From: the human T2T-CHM13v2.0 reference genome, Homo sapiens
DNA: 64,000 nt
Strand: one strand, 5' to 3'
Assembly: GCF_009914755.1 (NCBI RefSeq)
Contig: NC_060942.1
Part shown: piece by piece, positions 30,470 through 44,170 of the stretch
Layout: each line of letters opens with the position of its first letter
Numbering within the stretch: position 1 is the stretch's first letter
The notes under the pieces: generated by a model
Told to the model about the DNA's origin: nothing
What the model saw: the letters and a program-made list of their open reading frames with translations, nothing else
The model's database searches: none
Made by a program: the position numbers and the translations under genes

Positions 30470-32799
30470 AGTTTTTTTCTTTTTAGAAAGACAATAACTA
30501 CCTTTTAAAAAATTATTATTTTTAGTTCTTGGGTACATGTGCAGGATGTGCAGTTTTGTTATATAGATAAATGTATGCCATGGTGGTTTGCTGCACAGAT
30601 CATCCCATCACCCAGGTATTAAGCCCAGCATGCATTAGCTATTTTTCCTAAGGCTCTCCCTCCCCCAACAGGCCCCAGTGTGTGTTCTTCCCCTCCCTGT
30701 GTCCATGCGTTCTCATTGTTCAGCTCCCACGTGGTGTTTGGTTTTCTATTCCCCCATTAGTTTGCTGAGAATAATGGCTTCCAGCTTCATCCCTGTCCCT
30801 GCAAAGGACTTGATCTCATTCTTTTAATGGCTGCATAATATTCCATGGTGTATATGTACCACACTTTCTTTATCCAGTCTAATATTGATGGGCATTTGGG
30901 TTGATTCCATGTCTCTGCTATTGTGAATAGTACAGCAGTGAACACATGTGTGCATGTATCTTTGTAATAGAATGATTTGTATTCTTTTGGGTATATATCC
31001 AGTAATGGGAATGCTGGGTCAAATGGTATTCTTCATTCTAGTAATTCATCACATAAAAAGATCTAAAGACAAAACCACATGATTATCTCAATAGATCCAG
31101 AAAAGGCCTTTGATAAAATTCAACATCTTTTTATGTTAAAAAAAACTCCCAATAAACTAGGTATTGAAGGAACATATTTCAAAATAATAAGAGATATTTT
31201 TGACACACCCACAGCTGATATCATACTAAATGGGCAAAAGCTGGAAGCATTCCTTTGAAAACCATAAGACAAGGACGTCGTCTCTCACCACTCCTATTCA
31301 ACATAGTATTGGAAGTTCTGGCCAGGGCAATCAGGCAAGAGAAAGAAATAAAGAGTATTCAAAAAGGAAGGGGAAAAGTAAAATTGTCTTTGTTTGCAGA
31401 TGACATGGTCCTATATCGAGAAAACTCCATGATTTCAGACCAAAAGCTTCTTAAGCTGATAAGCAACTTCAGAAAAGTCTCAGGATACAAAATCAATGTG
31501 CAGAAGTCACAAGCATTCCTATACACCAATAGCAGACAAGCAGAGAGCCAAATCATGAAAGTACTCCCATTCACAACTGCTACAATGAGAATAAATTACC
31601 TAGGAATACAGCTAACAAGGGAAGTGAACGACCTCTTCAAGGAGAACTACAAACCACTGCTCAAGGAAACCAGAGAGGACACAAACAAATGGAAAAATAT
31701 TCCATGCTCATGGATAGGAAGAATTAATTATCGTGAAAATGGCCATACTGCATGAAGTAATTTATAGATTCAATGCTGTTCCCATATAAACTACCATTTA
31801 CATTCTTCACAGAATTAGAAAAAACTATTTTAAAATTCATATGGCACCAAAAAAGAGCCCATATAGCCAAGACAATCCTAAGCGAAAAGAACAAAGCTGG
31901 TGGCATCACACTACCCAACTTCAAACTATATTATAAGGCTACAATAACCCAAACAGCATGGTACTGGTACAAAAACACGTAGACCCATGGAACAGAATAG
32001 AGAACTCAAAAATAAGATCACACATCTAGAACCATCTGATCATTGACAAACCTGACAAAAACAAGCAATGGAGAAAGGATTCCCTATTTAATAAATGGTG
32101 CTGGGAGAACTGGCTATCCATTTGCAGAAAATTGAAACTGGACCCCTTCCTCATGCCTTATACAAAAATTAACTCAAGATGTAGTAAAACCCAAAACTAT
32201 AAAAACCCTAGAAGAAAATCTAGGCAATACCATTCAGGACACAGGCAAAGGCAAATTTTCATGATGAAATTGCCAAAATCAATTGCAACAAAAGCAAAAA
32301 TTGACAAATAGGATTTAATTAAACTAAAGAGCTTCTGCACAGCAAAAGAAACCATCATCAGAGTGAACAGGCAAACTGTAGAGTGGGAGAAAAATTTTGC
32401 AATTTATCTATCTGACAAAGGTCTAATATCTAGAATCTACAAGGAACTCAAATTTACAAGAAAAAAACAAAGCCATTAAAAAGTGGGCAAAGGACATTAA
32501 CAAACACTTCTTAAAAGAAGACATTCATGCAGCGAACAAACATATGAGAAAAATCTCAACATCACTGATCATTAGAGAAATGCAAATCAACACCACAGTG
32601 AGATACCATCTTACACCAATCAGAATGACCATTATTAAAAAGTCAAGAAGCAACAGATGCTGGCAAAGCTGCAGAGAAATAGGAATGCTTTTACACTGTA
32701 GGTGGGAATGTAAATTAGTGCAACCACTATGGAAGATGGTGTGGCAATTCCTCAAAGATCTAGAACCAGAAATACCATTTGACTGAAAGATCTAGAATC
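30470..32799 (-). mobile_element. 5'-inverted (twin-primed) L1PA (PA8-PA13-like)
   Basis: 3' UTR antisense at ~30505-31041, then ORF2 on + strand at 31042-32783 (RT motifs [22 protein letters not shown]; CWQSC..HCRWEC); TSD aggatttttgtat(t/c)c at 30455-30469 and 32800-32814. Confidence 0.92.
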
Positions 32800-32814
32800 A
32801 GGATTTTTGTATCC

Positions 32815-33506
32815 TTATACAAATTTTTGAACTCTGTTTTAGTTAGAAGTTACTTGGAAACTGATCCTTTTGGTAAAGGATATTTAAGATTTGTTAGATG
32901 GGACCAGAACTGCATCTTGTACAGAGCTAACTATTCTCTATGAATGGAGAAAGACTCTTATAAGTATTCTCCACATCATCTTATGAATTATAAGGTTTTC
33001 CAGCCTGGCAGGTGAGAACAGGTGTTATTCCCAGCCATATAAGACTGCTGGGCACTGTTTCCTCTAATCTTCTCAGATTGCTCTTTCTCTAGCCTCAGCT
33101 AGTTTCCTCACATTCATTCTCACATGATGAATACTCAAAGGAATCTCTCTACAGGTATTCATTATTTTCTTTCTGTGAAGCTTTGTCTTCTTTGGTACTC
33201 TGTCTTGTGGACTCTAGCTGCCTTGGTTTTCCCCAGATTCTCAGCTTCATCTCTTCAACGCAAGGAGTCCACCAGGTTCCACCCAGGCTCCACTTCCCTG
33301 TGCGGCTACCTGAACAGTCTCATGTAGCAAGCTGAGACAGTCCCATTTTTAAACTCTCAGATATCACTCTCCTTTGGTGTTTGATGTCCAATCTCTTAAA
33401 AACTACTATTTTATATATTTTATATTTATTGCCCTTCTAAAAGTTGTTCCATAGGGAGAATAAATCTGGTTCCTGTTACTCCATCTTGGCCAGAGCAGAA
33501 ATCCCA
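32815..33506 (-). mobile_element. Continuation and 5' end of the ancient L1ME/MD host element
   Basis: Resumes aagttacttggaaac..aagatttgttag; ends ctgttactccatcttggccagagcagaa. Confidence 0.7.
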
Positions 33507-33944
33507 TGGATATTCTTAAAAGGGGGAAAAAGAATAAGAAAATGCAGCTTTGGGTAGAGGTGTGAGGAAATGAGAAAAGCCTATGTTCAGGTGAAGCTGG
33601 AGGAGTTCATGATAATCTGCAAAAATACTTATCACAAAACAGCCACAATGTATTTTTCCTCCACACTTGGCTTCACCCCAAAATTATTATTTAATGCCCA
33701 GTAGTGAGAGGGCCCTAAAATATGCAGCTAAGACAACTGTACAATGTCTGTTTTTAGCTTTCTTCATGGGACAATGGAAAGAAACTAACTCTTCTCACTA
33801 ATTTCCACCAAATCTTACCTCTTTTTCAAGGACAAAGTCAATTACTTCTGGAATCTTTCTGAAGCTAAACTTCCTTCCACCTTCATACAAAGTTCCATGC
33901 AGCCAAATCTCAGAATGATTAATTTTACTTTCACAGACCTAGAC

Positions 33945-34040
33945 AATGTTATAATTGGAAGGATATTTAAAGATCAAAAATCTCTCATTTTACATATGGA
34001 AACAGGAAACTGAGGTGTGGAGAGAATTGATCCATATAGG
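33945..34040 (-). mobile_element. MIR fragment
   Basis: ctctcattttacatatg..ggaaactgaggtgtggagag. Confidence 0.6.
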
Positions 34041-34940
34041 CCTTTGTGTTAGATACAATACAATGAAATAACCGGAGAAGATACTGTTTTTCATGTGTCG
34101 TGGATCTGGATACAGGCTGTAGACATCACGCTTGCAGACATCAAATAATTTACTCCGTGTTACATGAAGAAATAGAGATGGGGTCATTTGGTTGTAAAAT
34201 GTGTGCATATGGATTTGCATACATCTAGTCCTTTCTCAAAAAAGGAGCTCCTATTTTCTGGTCCTAGAGCTAGAACTACCTTTGCTGTAGCCCTGGAAAA
34301 ACTTATAAAAAGTCAAAAAACTCTCTGATTCAGAGGATTCTGATATAAGTTGATGTCATAATATTATGACGTAGAAGCCAGAGTGTGGGCATCTCCATCC
34401 TAGCTCTGAGACAGAAATTATGAACAAGGTTAATATAAGAAAGAGGAAAACCCCTTCTCCCATTGCAACATTTCAAAATTCCCTTCCAGTTTCAACCACT
34501 CAGTGTGCTATATTATGTGAACTTACCTCAGGGATAGTTGCACTGGGAAGTTCTTCATAAACAGTGGGAGAGTGGGGCTTTTCTAGACTTTCTGGCACAA
34601 TTACAGGCACTTAAGTCTTCCCTCTCATGTCCAACATCTACAGTCTTGGCAGATATCAAAATGCATTACAGATTTATAATATATCAACTGTGTTGGAGGG
34701 GGGCATAGATGAAAGCAAAACATTCCAAAAGAAGGGAATTGCAGGTTATAAGTAGGTGTCTCTGTTTAATAGATTTAAAAAATACTGGCAGAACATGACA
34801 AAAACTACTAATTAAACTGGCTTTGATTCCAGATCCCTGATGTTTGAGCAGGGACCCCAGAACTCTCCTAATTCCCACTACAGCCACCTCATTTAACATT
34901 TTACCCTGTTCAGGTAATCCCATTAGAGCAAATGGTTTGG

Positions 34941-34976
34941 AAAAACAAAACAAAACAAAACAAAAAAACAGAAAAC
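34941..34976. repeat. (CAAAA)n simple repeat
   Basis: Seen directly. Confidence 0.85.
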
Positions 34977-35454
34977 AGCAAAGATAATTTTTGAATAATG
35001 AAATGATCTCTAAGTGTCAATTCCATTGGTTCATGGATTCAAATATTCAATATTACTTTTGATAATATCTCAAATAACTAAATTCTTGAGATAGCTTCTT
35101 AGAGTTCTTGTAACTAGACTTATGTTGGCCAGGAGATTTAATCATTGACTGCTTATATGCCTAATTCTGTGATATTCACATACTAGGAGTTTGGGCCATT
35201 TTGTGGTTGATACAAATGTCATAGGATAAAGGGTTCTTATTGTCACATAAGAAGACTGTTCCAAACAACTGATGTTGTCTTTTTAGGTTGGTGATATTTG
35301 AGCTGTGATGCCTATGCAGAGTGCAAAGTGAGACGCAGAGCTTTCACAAGTCTGACATATGTGTGCTCTGACAACTCTGACGTAAACCAGCAGTACGTCC
35401 TTGGAGTGCCTGAGGCTTTATGTACCCATTTAGAGAGGAAAACTAGTTTATTTC

Positions 35455-35530
35455 TTTATATATATGTATATATCATATATATTATATATATATAATAAAT
35501 ATATTATTATTTTTTATATAATATATAAGA
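35455..35530. repeat. (TA)n / AT-rich low-complexity tract
   Basis: Seen directly. Confidence 0.85.
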
Positions 35531-35633
35531 AGAAAAATACTTTCAAAACTTGCCCCCAGTTTCTCTCACCAGAAGCAAACATGACTCTTAGACTCTCTTT
35601 TCATGCTTTAATATTTTCTTTCTAAATAATAAG

Positions 35634-36075
35634 TGTGGCAAACTATATTTTTCAGTAAGATCTCCATCTCATGTGCTCTTCTTGCAATGTAACATTGATA
35701 CTCCTCCCACTGAGATGTGGTGTCTGTGTTTCTTCTTCCAGAATCAAGGTGGGCCTGTGATTATGGTGAAGTGACACTTGATGACTTCAGTGACTAGGTC
35801 ATAAAAAATGGTTCAGCTTCCACATGAACCTCCTGGGGCAATTGGCTTCAGAGTCCTGAGCTACCATGTAAGAGGTCTGAAGCTGCTATGCTATACAGTA
35901 ATTCATGCAGTGTAGAGAAGCCTCATGTAGGTGCTTCAGCCAACCATCCCAGTTGAGGTCCTGGCCAATTGGCAGAACCAGTTCCATACATGTGAGATAA
36001 TAATAAAATGATGACTATTGTACTAAACTGCTGAATTTTGGGGTAACTTTTTTATATTAATACATAACTGAAACA
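35634..36075 (+). mobile_element. MLT1G-like solo LTR
   Basis: tgtggcaaactatatttt..ctcctcccactgagatgtgg..ctaggtcataaaa..agctaccatgtaagaggtc..ataactgaaaca. Confidence 0.8.
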
Positions 36076-36079
36076 TTCA

Positions 36080-37102
<1,023 letters not shown>

Positions 37103-37349
37103 TTAAGGTTTCTTCACAGCAACTTTGCCTAAGTTTGAATGGTAATTTTCAGCTTTTGGACAATGCTGTGAATTGCTATAAGTAGGCGCATGCATTTCTG
37201 GGAATAAACTTAACTTATATAAGGGAAGAGGAAAAAAAAAAGTGACTGGCACCTAATACGGAGCCTGCAAAAAGTACAACTACTTTCTAGACTAGGGGCA
37301 GGGAAATTAGATAAATATATTTGTAGGAATTGTAAGTGAAATACAATTA

Positions 37350-37975
37350 CAGAAATTGAAGAAATTCAAACCCTTGTACATTACTGGTGGGACTGCAAAA
37401 TGATTCAGCCACTGTGAAAAACAGTTTGGCAGTTTCTGAAAAAGTAAAGCATAAAAATACCAGCTGACCCAGAAATTTCACCCGTGGGTATATTGAAGAG
37501 AATTGCAAGCAGATATTCTAATTGATATTATACAGAAATATTTATGTGTGCACTATTCACAATACAACCCATGTTCATCAATAAACAAATGGATAAATAA
37601 CATGTGGTATATCCATATAATGGAATATTATTTAACTATAAAAGAGAATGAAACACTGACCAGCTACAATGTGAATGAACCTTGAAAATGGTTATCTAAG
37701 TAAAAGAAGCCAGACACAAAAAGTTACACGTGGTATGATTCTATTTATGTGAAATATACAGACTACATAAATTGATAGGAACAGAAAGCAAATTGGTGGT
37801 TGCCAGGGTTGGGGAAAGGAGGGAATGGGGCATGACCACTTAATGCGTATGGAGTTTTAGGATGATGAAAACGTCTTGGAACTAGATGGAGGTGGTGGTT
37901 GCAGAACGTTGTGAATGTACTAAATTCCAGTGAATTATTCACTTTAAAATGGTTTATGCTATATAAATTTCACAA
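37350..37975 (+). mobile_element. L1MB (MB4/MB5-like) 3' fragment
   Basis: aagaagccagacacaaaa..ggtggttgccaggg..ggatgatgaaaacgtcttggaactagat..cactttaaaatggtt. Confidence 0.85.
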
Positions 37976-38027
37976 GCTTAACTCAAACAAGTGAAGTAGA
38001 AAGATGAGTGACTGGCTGTAATAATGA

Positions 38028-38351
<324 letters not shown>

Positions 38352-38879
38352 AAGAAGTATTACTACTTTCTAGGCTGGCTGGGAAAGCAAAAAAAAATAC
38401 ATTTGTAAGAATTGTGTGTAAGAGGGAGAAAAAGTGAGCACTGGCATGTATATAAATGAAATGTCTATTTTGACTTTCTAGAAAATTGCCTTCCTTATGT
38501 AACGCTTTTTAGATACTATAATGTTTTGGATATGAGAACATTCTAGAGAGATGAGCTCTGTCTAGATAAGTTGTTCCTGAGCCACACACATATATTTTGT
38601 GATAATAATCTAAAAATTGTGATCAAATGAGAATACAGAGAAGACAGATATTTAAAAATATTAAGTACAAGGCAATGTTCAAGAATTTCTACCTCTAAAG
38701 TTATGTTTGCCAAATAATTTTCTTAAAAAAACTATAATTAAAAAAATTAAAAAGAGATAAACAAAAGACAAGGTGAATAAGAACCTCATCTTAGAGGGCC
38801 TCCCTTTGACCAGCCTGATGCATCTTCGCCTCATGGAGTGCATTTATGTGCACAAGAGTGAGTGCTGCTCTTCTAGAAA

Positions 38880-39560
38880 CATGCTCTGAGTGAGCGCTGG
38901 CCGATAAACCCAGCCCAGCCAGCAGCAGAGCTGTTATTAAGCTGTAGCCCTAGAGCTTCCCAGTTTTATTTTATTGTTTCTGGGATGCAAGTACTGTCGA
39001 GTTCTTAGGCAACTATCTTTCCAAGCAATTAAGTCCCCCATCTCAGAAGCCACAGAAAGGAAGTAAATAAGAAGGGGGAGGAGGCAGCTTGGTGGGGGCT
39101 TCCAGGTTATTTATTACTTTAATAAGTCTGGGCTCCTCCCAACCCGGCTTAGACTCCTGTTTCTGTCAAGCTCCCAAGGACAAACGATCGCTTAATCGTC
39201 GGGTTTGTGGGCCGAGGTGGGCGCCAAGCACAGTTTATTGTGCAGGAAAGGCTGTTAAGTAAGACGATGTTATAGTGCCCTGGCCAATAAGTCATTAAGC
39301 AGAAATTAAAAGCAGAAAACTTCCCAGTACCTCATATCTAACTTGTATTACCCTCTTAAAGGCAGAGTCAATTGTGTTTGGAGCTGAAGATAAAAGGTAG
39401 GCCCAGGGAGAAGGTTCTATCAGTGAAGAAGGAGAATAGAAGAGACTGGCTTTAGAATCATCCTGTGTCCTGCATTCACAAGGGTGTAGCCCCTAACCAG
39501 TTCAATCTGACAGCAGCTGCTATGCCTGAGAATGGCAGGCTGCCAAACTCCTGGCAACAG
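38880..39560. promoter_or_regulatory. Candidate enhancer (unique, CpG-retaining)
   Basis: Six CpGs within 39185-39223; NFI site TGGCAGGCTGCCAA at 39533; TGACAG plus CAGCTG at 39508-39519; TAATC and TTTATTG homeodomain sites; CCAAT. Confidence 0.45.
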
Positions 39561-39592
39561 GTTTTCATCTGTTATCTTAATTGAACTTTATT

Positions 39593-39675
39593 TTGTTTTC
39601 ATTTTTATTATTATTTTTTAAGTTCTGAGGTACATGTGCAGGATGTGCAGGTTTGTTACATAGGTAAACATGTGC
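39593..39675 (-). mobile_element. Very short L1PA7/8-like 3' tip
   Basis: T-tail + aagttctgaggtacatgtgcaggatgtgcaggtttgttacataggtaaacatgtgc; possible TSD ctttatt. Confidence 0.85.
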
Positions 39676-40384
39676 TTTATTACATCCTTGCAATATATGG
39701 GGCACATTACTGCCACCACATGAGAAGGCAGCTAGAGCCATGACACTTGTTTAGGTCCCCGTCAGGTGAAAGCTGGGCTAGCCTGGAATATGGGCCACCC
39801 CGATCCCAGCTTCTGTGTTTCACTGGGAGCAGAAAACTGTGACCTCAGGGAAATCAGTCTCAAACTTGAGCTTGAGTTCATTCAGGCAGTGTGATATTCT
39901 CTTCTGGACCAGAGTGCTGTTTCTCCCCTCCAGGTTGAGGGAATAAAGTAATCGAAGAACTTTGAATAAAGGCCAATCACCTGATCACTACTTCTAACAG
40001 TGTGACAAAGAAATTCAGAACAAGTGAATAATAAGGGAATGGAAATTTCAACTTGCCTTAACTTTCAGTTCTACTGAATTATTCTGTCTTAGCCTAATCC
40101 TTCCCACTTCCCACTCTTTTAACCTCATCTTCCTCTCCTTCACTCTCTCTCTCTCTCCCCCTTAATAAACTAACTTTTAGAGAAGTTTCAGGTTCACAGC
40201 AAAATTGAGCAGCAGGTATGGAGATTTTCTATATATCCTTAATCCCACAACTGCACATCAACATCCTTCAACAGAGTGCTAAGTTTGTTATGATTGATGG
40301 ACCTACACTGATATATCATTATCACTAAAGTCCGTAGTTTACATGAGGGTCACTCCTGGTGTAGTACATTCTATGGCTTCGAAG

Positions 40385-40915
40385 TGTGGAGAGGCAATAC
40401 TTTACCTCCACCCTCTTAGGGTCTCTGCCTGGGCATGAAAATTAAATTGACATAGATAGATTCATGGGAGAAAAGCATACAGATTTGTACACATACATGG
40501 GAGCCCCCATAGAAAGATGAAGCCCTAAAGACGTGGCAAAACCGAAATGATTATATAGTAGGTTGGACATGGTGGCAATTGTGGAACAGTGACTGAAATA
40601 TATGGGGAGCCCAAAGGAAGGAAAGAGTTATTTTAACAAAGTCTATTTGTACAGATTATTTTTTTCAGTCTTGACTTCCCGTCTCTGGAGATGAGAATGC
40701 AGCTGCTTCTTTTTATTATTTAATTTTTTGCTACAGGAGGGCATCCTTCACATAAGAATTTGCTCCCATCTCTAGTGATAAGTATGTTTTTTTCTCTTGA
40801 TACAGGGAGGGCAGAGTGAACTTTCTGTGTCTACTGTTTTTCAAGTGTCTTTAGTTTGAAATAATTCTTATGCCAAAGTGGCATATTTTAAGATGATATA
40901 TTCTGCCACCCTTCA
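40385..40915 (-). mobile_element. ERV1 MER4-group (MER34-like) solo LTR
   Basis: tg...ca ends; aaattaaattgacata..ggagaaaagcataca; aataattcttatgccaaagtggcatatttt..ttctgccacccttca. Confidence 0.75.
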
Positions 40916-41193
40916 AGACAAATATATGATGACTCTATATCCACCACTATAGTATTACACAAAATAGTTTCAATACCCTAAATATCCTCTGTGTTCCACC
41001 TATTCATCTCTGCTACCCCCAAACTCTGGCAATCACTGATCTTTTTACTCTCTCCCTAGCTTCATTTTTTCCAGAATGTCATATAGTTGGAATCATATGG
41101 TAAGTAGCCTTTTTAGATTGCTTCTTTTACTTAGTAACATGCATTTAAGTTTCTTCCATGTATTTCCACAGCTGGATAGCCCATTTCTTTTTA

Positions 41194-43296
41194 TTTTATT
41201 TAACTTTTACTTTAGTTTCAGGGGCACATGTGCAGGGTTGTTGTATAGGTAAACTTGTGTTATGGAAGTTTGTTGTAAAATTATTTTTTCTCACCTAGGT
41301 ACCAGTTATTTTTTTTCTGATTCTCTTCCTTTTTCCACCCTCTACCTTCAAGTAAGCACCAGTGTGTGTTGTTCCCTTCTTTGTGTCCATGTGTTCTCAT
41401 CATTTAGTATCTACTTATAAGTAAGAACATGTGATGTTTGGTTTTCTGTTCCTGTGTTAGTTTGCTAAGGATGATGGCTTCCAGTTCCATCCATGTTGCT
41501 GCAAAGGAGATGATCTCATTCTTTTTTATGGCTACGTAGTATTCCATGGTGTATATGTTCCACATTTTCTTCAGTCAGTCTACCATTGATGGGCATTTAG
41601 GTTGATTCCATGTCTTTGCTATTGTGAGTAGTCATCAATGAACATATGTGCACATGTGTCTTTATGCTAGAACCATTTATATTCCTTTGTGTATATACCC
41701 AGTAATGGGATTGCTGGGTCGAATGGTAGTTCTGTTTTTAGCTCTTTGAGGAATTGCCACACTACTTTCCACAATGGTTGAACTAAGCTATACTCTCACT
41801 AGAAGTGTATAAGCATTTCCTTTTCTCCACAACCTCACCAGCATTTGTTAATTTTTGGCTTTTTAATCATAGCCATTCTGACTGGTGTGAGATGGTATCT
41901 CATTGTGGTTTTGATTTGCAATTTTGTAATAATCAATGACACTGAGCTTTTTTAATATGCATGTTGGCCACATGTATTTCTTCTTCTGAAAAATGTATGT
42001 TCATATCCTTTGCTCACTTTTTAATGAAGATGAGGTTTTTTTCTTGTAAATTTGTTTAAGTTCCTTATAGATGCTGGATATTAGATCTTTGTCAGATATA
42101 GAGTTTGCAAATATTTTCTCCCATTCTGTAGGTTGTCTGTTTACTCTGTTGATCATTTCTTTTGCTGTGCAGAAACTCTTAAGTTTAATTAGACCAATTT
42201 GTCAATTTTTGCTTTTGTTGCGATTCGTTTTGTCATCTTCATCACTAAATCTTTACCAGTTTCTAATGTCCAGAATGATATTGCCTAGGTTGTCTTCCAA
42301 GGCTTTTATAGTTTGGGTTTTAAATTTAAGTATTTTATTCATCTTGAGTTGATGTTTGTATATGGTGTAAAGAAGGGGTCCAGTTTCAATCTTCTGTATA
42401 TTGCTAGCCAGTTATCCCAGCACCATTTATTGTATAGGGAGTCCTTTCCCCATTGCTTGTTTTTGTCAGCTTTCTCAAAGATCAAATGGTTATAGGTGTG
42501 TGACTTTTTATTTAGACTCTCTATTCTGTTTCCTTTGGTTTATTTGATTGTTTTTGTACCAGTACCATGCTGTTTTGGTTACTGTAGCCCTGTAATATCG
42601 TTTGAAGTTGGGTAGCTTGATGCCTCCAGCTTTATTCTTTTTCTTAGGATTGCCTTGGCTATTTGGGCTTTTTTGGTTCTATATGAATTTTAAAACAATT
42701 TTTCTAGTTCTGTGAAGAATGTCATTGGTAGTTTGATAAGAATAGCATTGGGTCTGTAAATCGTTTTGGGCATTAACGCCATTTTGCTTTGATTCTTCTG
42801 ATTTTGATTCTCTGATCCATCAGCATGAAATTCTTTTCCATTCGTTTGTGTTGTCTCTGATTTCTTTGAGCAATGTTTTGTAATTATCACTGTAGAAACC
42901 TTTTACCTCTCTGGTTATCTGTATTCCTAGGTATTTTATTCTTTTTGTGGCAGTTGTGAATGAAGTTGCTTTCTGATTTGGCTCTTGGCTTGGCTACTGG
43001 TGTGTAAGAATGCTAGTGATTTTTGTATGTTGATTTTTGTATTCTAAAACTTTGCTAAGGTTGTTTATCAGCTGAAGGAGCTTTGGGCTGAGACTGTGGG
43101 GTTTTCTAGATATATAATCATGTCATCAGAAAACAGGGATAGTTTGGCTTTCTCTCCTCCTATTTGGATGCCTTTTATTTCTTTCTGTTCAGGACTTCCA
43201 ATACTGTGTTGAATAAGAGTGGTGAGAAAGGGCAGACTTGTGTTGTGCCAGTTTTCAAAGGGAATGCTTCCAGCTTTTGCCTATTAAGTATGAAGT
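41194..43296 (-). mobile_element. 5'-truncated L1PA15/16
   Basis: ttcaggggcacatgtgcagggttgttgtataggtaaacttgtgt 3' UTR plus antisense ORF2; 17-bp TSD tagc(c/t)catttcttttta at 41177 and 43297. Confidence 0.9.
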
Positions 43297-43509
43297 TAGC
43301 TCATTTCTTTTTAGTGCTGAATAATATTCCACTGTCTGGATGTGCCACAGTTTATTCAGTCCCCTACAGCAGGGGCATCTTTGTCACTTCCAAGTTTTGG
43401 CAGTTATGAATAAGGCTGCTATAAATATTCCTGTGCAGGTTTTTTTGTAGACACATGTTTTCAGCTCCTTTGGGTAAATATGAAGGAGCACAATTGCAGG
43501 ATCATATGG

Positions 43510-43761
43510 TGCTATAGATGGAAAGTTTGTCCACAGCACAAACAATTCAATTCAAGTGTTGAAGCACTAATTTGTGTGACAGTATTTGAAGGTAGGGTTT
43601 TGAGGAGGTAATTAGATCATGAGGGAGCATCCTCATGCAGAAGATATACATGAGAAATGATCTCTCTCTCTGCCATGTGAGAATACTTTAAAAAGGCAAA
43701 AGTCTGTGAATGAGGAGGAGGGCTGGTATTCTGTTACAGCAGCCCAAAACTGCTTAAAACA
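43510..43761 (+). mobile_element. MLT1A-like LTR, internally deleted
   Basis: tgctataga..gaggtaattagatcatgaggg..ctgccatgtgag..tggtattctgttacagcagccc..aca; TSD tatgg. Confidence 0.8.
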
Positions 43762-43959
43762 TATGGTAAGCATAGTTTCATAAGAAACTGCCACAAACTG
43801 TCCTCCAAAGTGACTGTACCATTTTGCATTTCTACCAACAGTGAATAAGAATTCCTGTTGCCCCACATCCTCCCCAGCATTTGGTGTTGTCAGTATTCTG
43901 GATTTTGGCTATTCTAATAGCTATGTAGTAGTATCTCATTGTTGGCTCATCTCTTTTAA

Positions 43960-44170
43960 AATCTCTATATGTTGCTTCTTCCTTGTCCCTCTTTCTTGAT
44001 AGTTTGTGACATTTTCTAATTCCTCCTGTCTCAGCTGCTTCTTTTCCTTGTTTCTCCTACTCTTCATTTTTGTTCCTTTGATTCTTGTCTGATAATTTAC
44101 TCATATTTTTCTTTCCTCTCTTTTTTTCATTTCTTTGCCTTTTCCTACATTTCCCCCTTCTTTCATTCCA
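43960..44170. repeat. Pyrimidine-rich low-complexity tract
   Basis: CT/T-rich run seen directly. Confidence 0.65.

Larger units (their letters stand above)
40163..43945 (-). mobile_element. L1MC1-like 3' portion, host to three later insertions
   Basis: tttcaggttcacagcaaaattgagcag; collinear pieces at 40163-40384, 40916-41193, 43297-43509 and 43762-43945. Confidence 0.85.

Noticed and set aside
31255-32786. Reverse-transcriptase-like ORFs as a functional gene
   Set aside because: Frameshifted fragments of L1 ORF2 in a truncated, inverted copy
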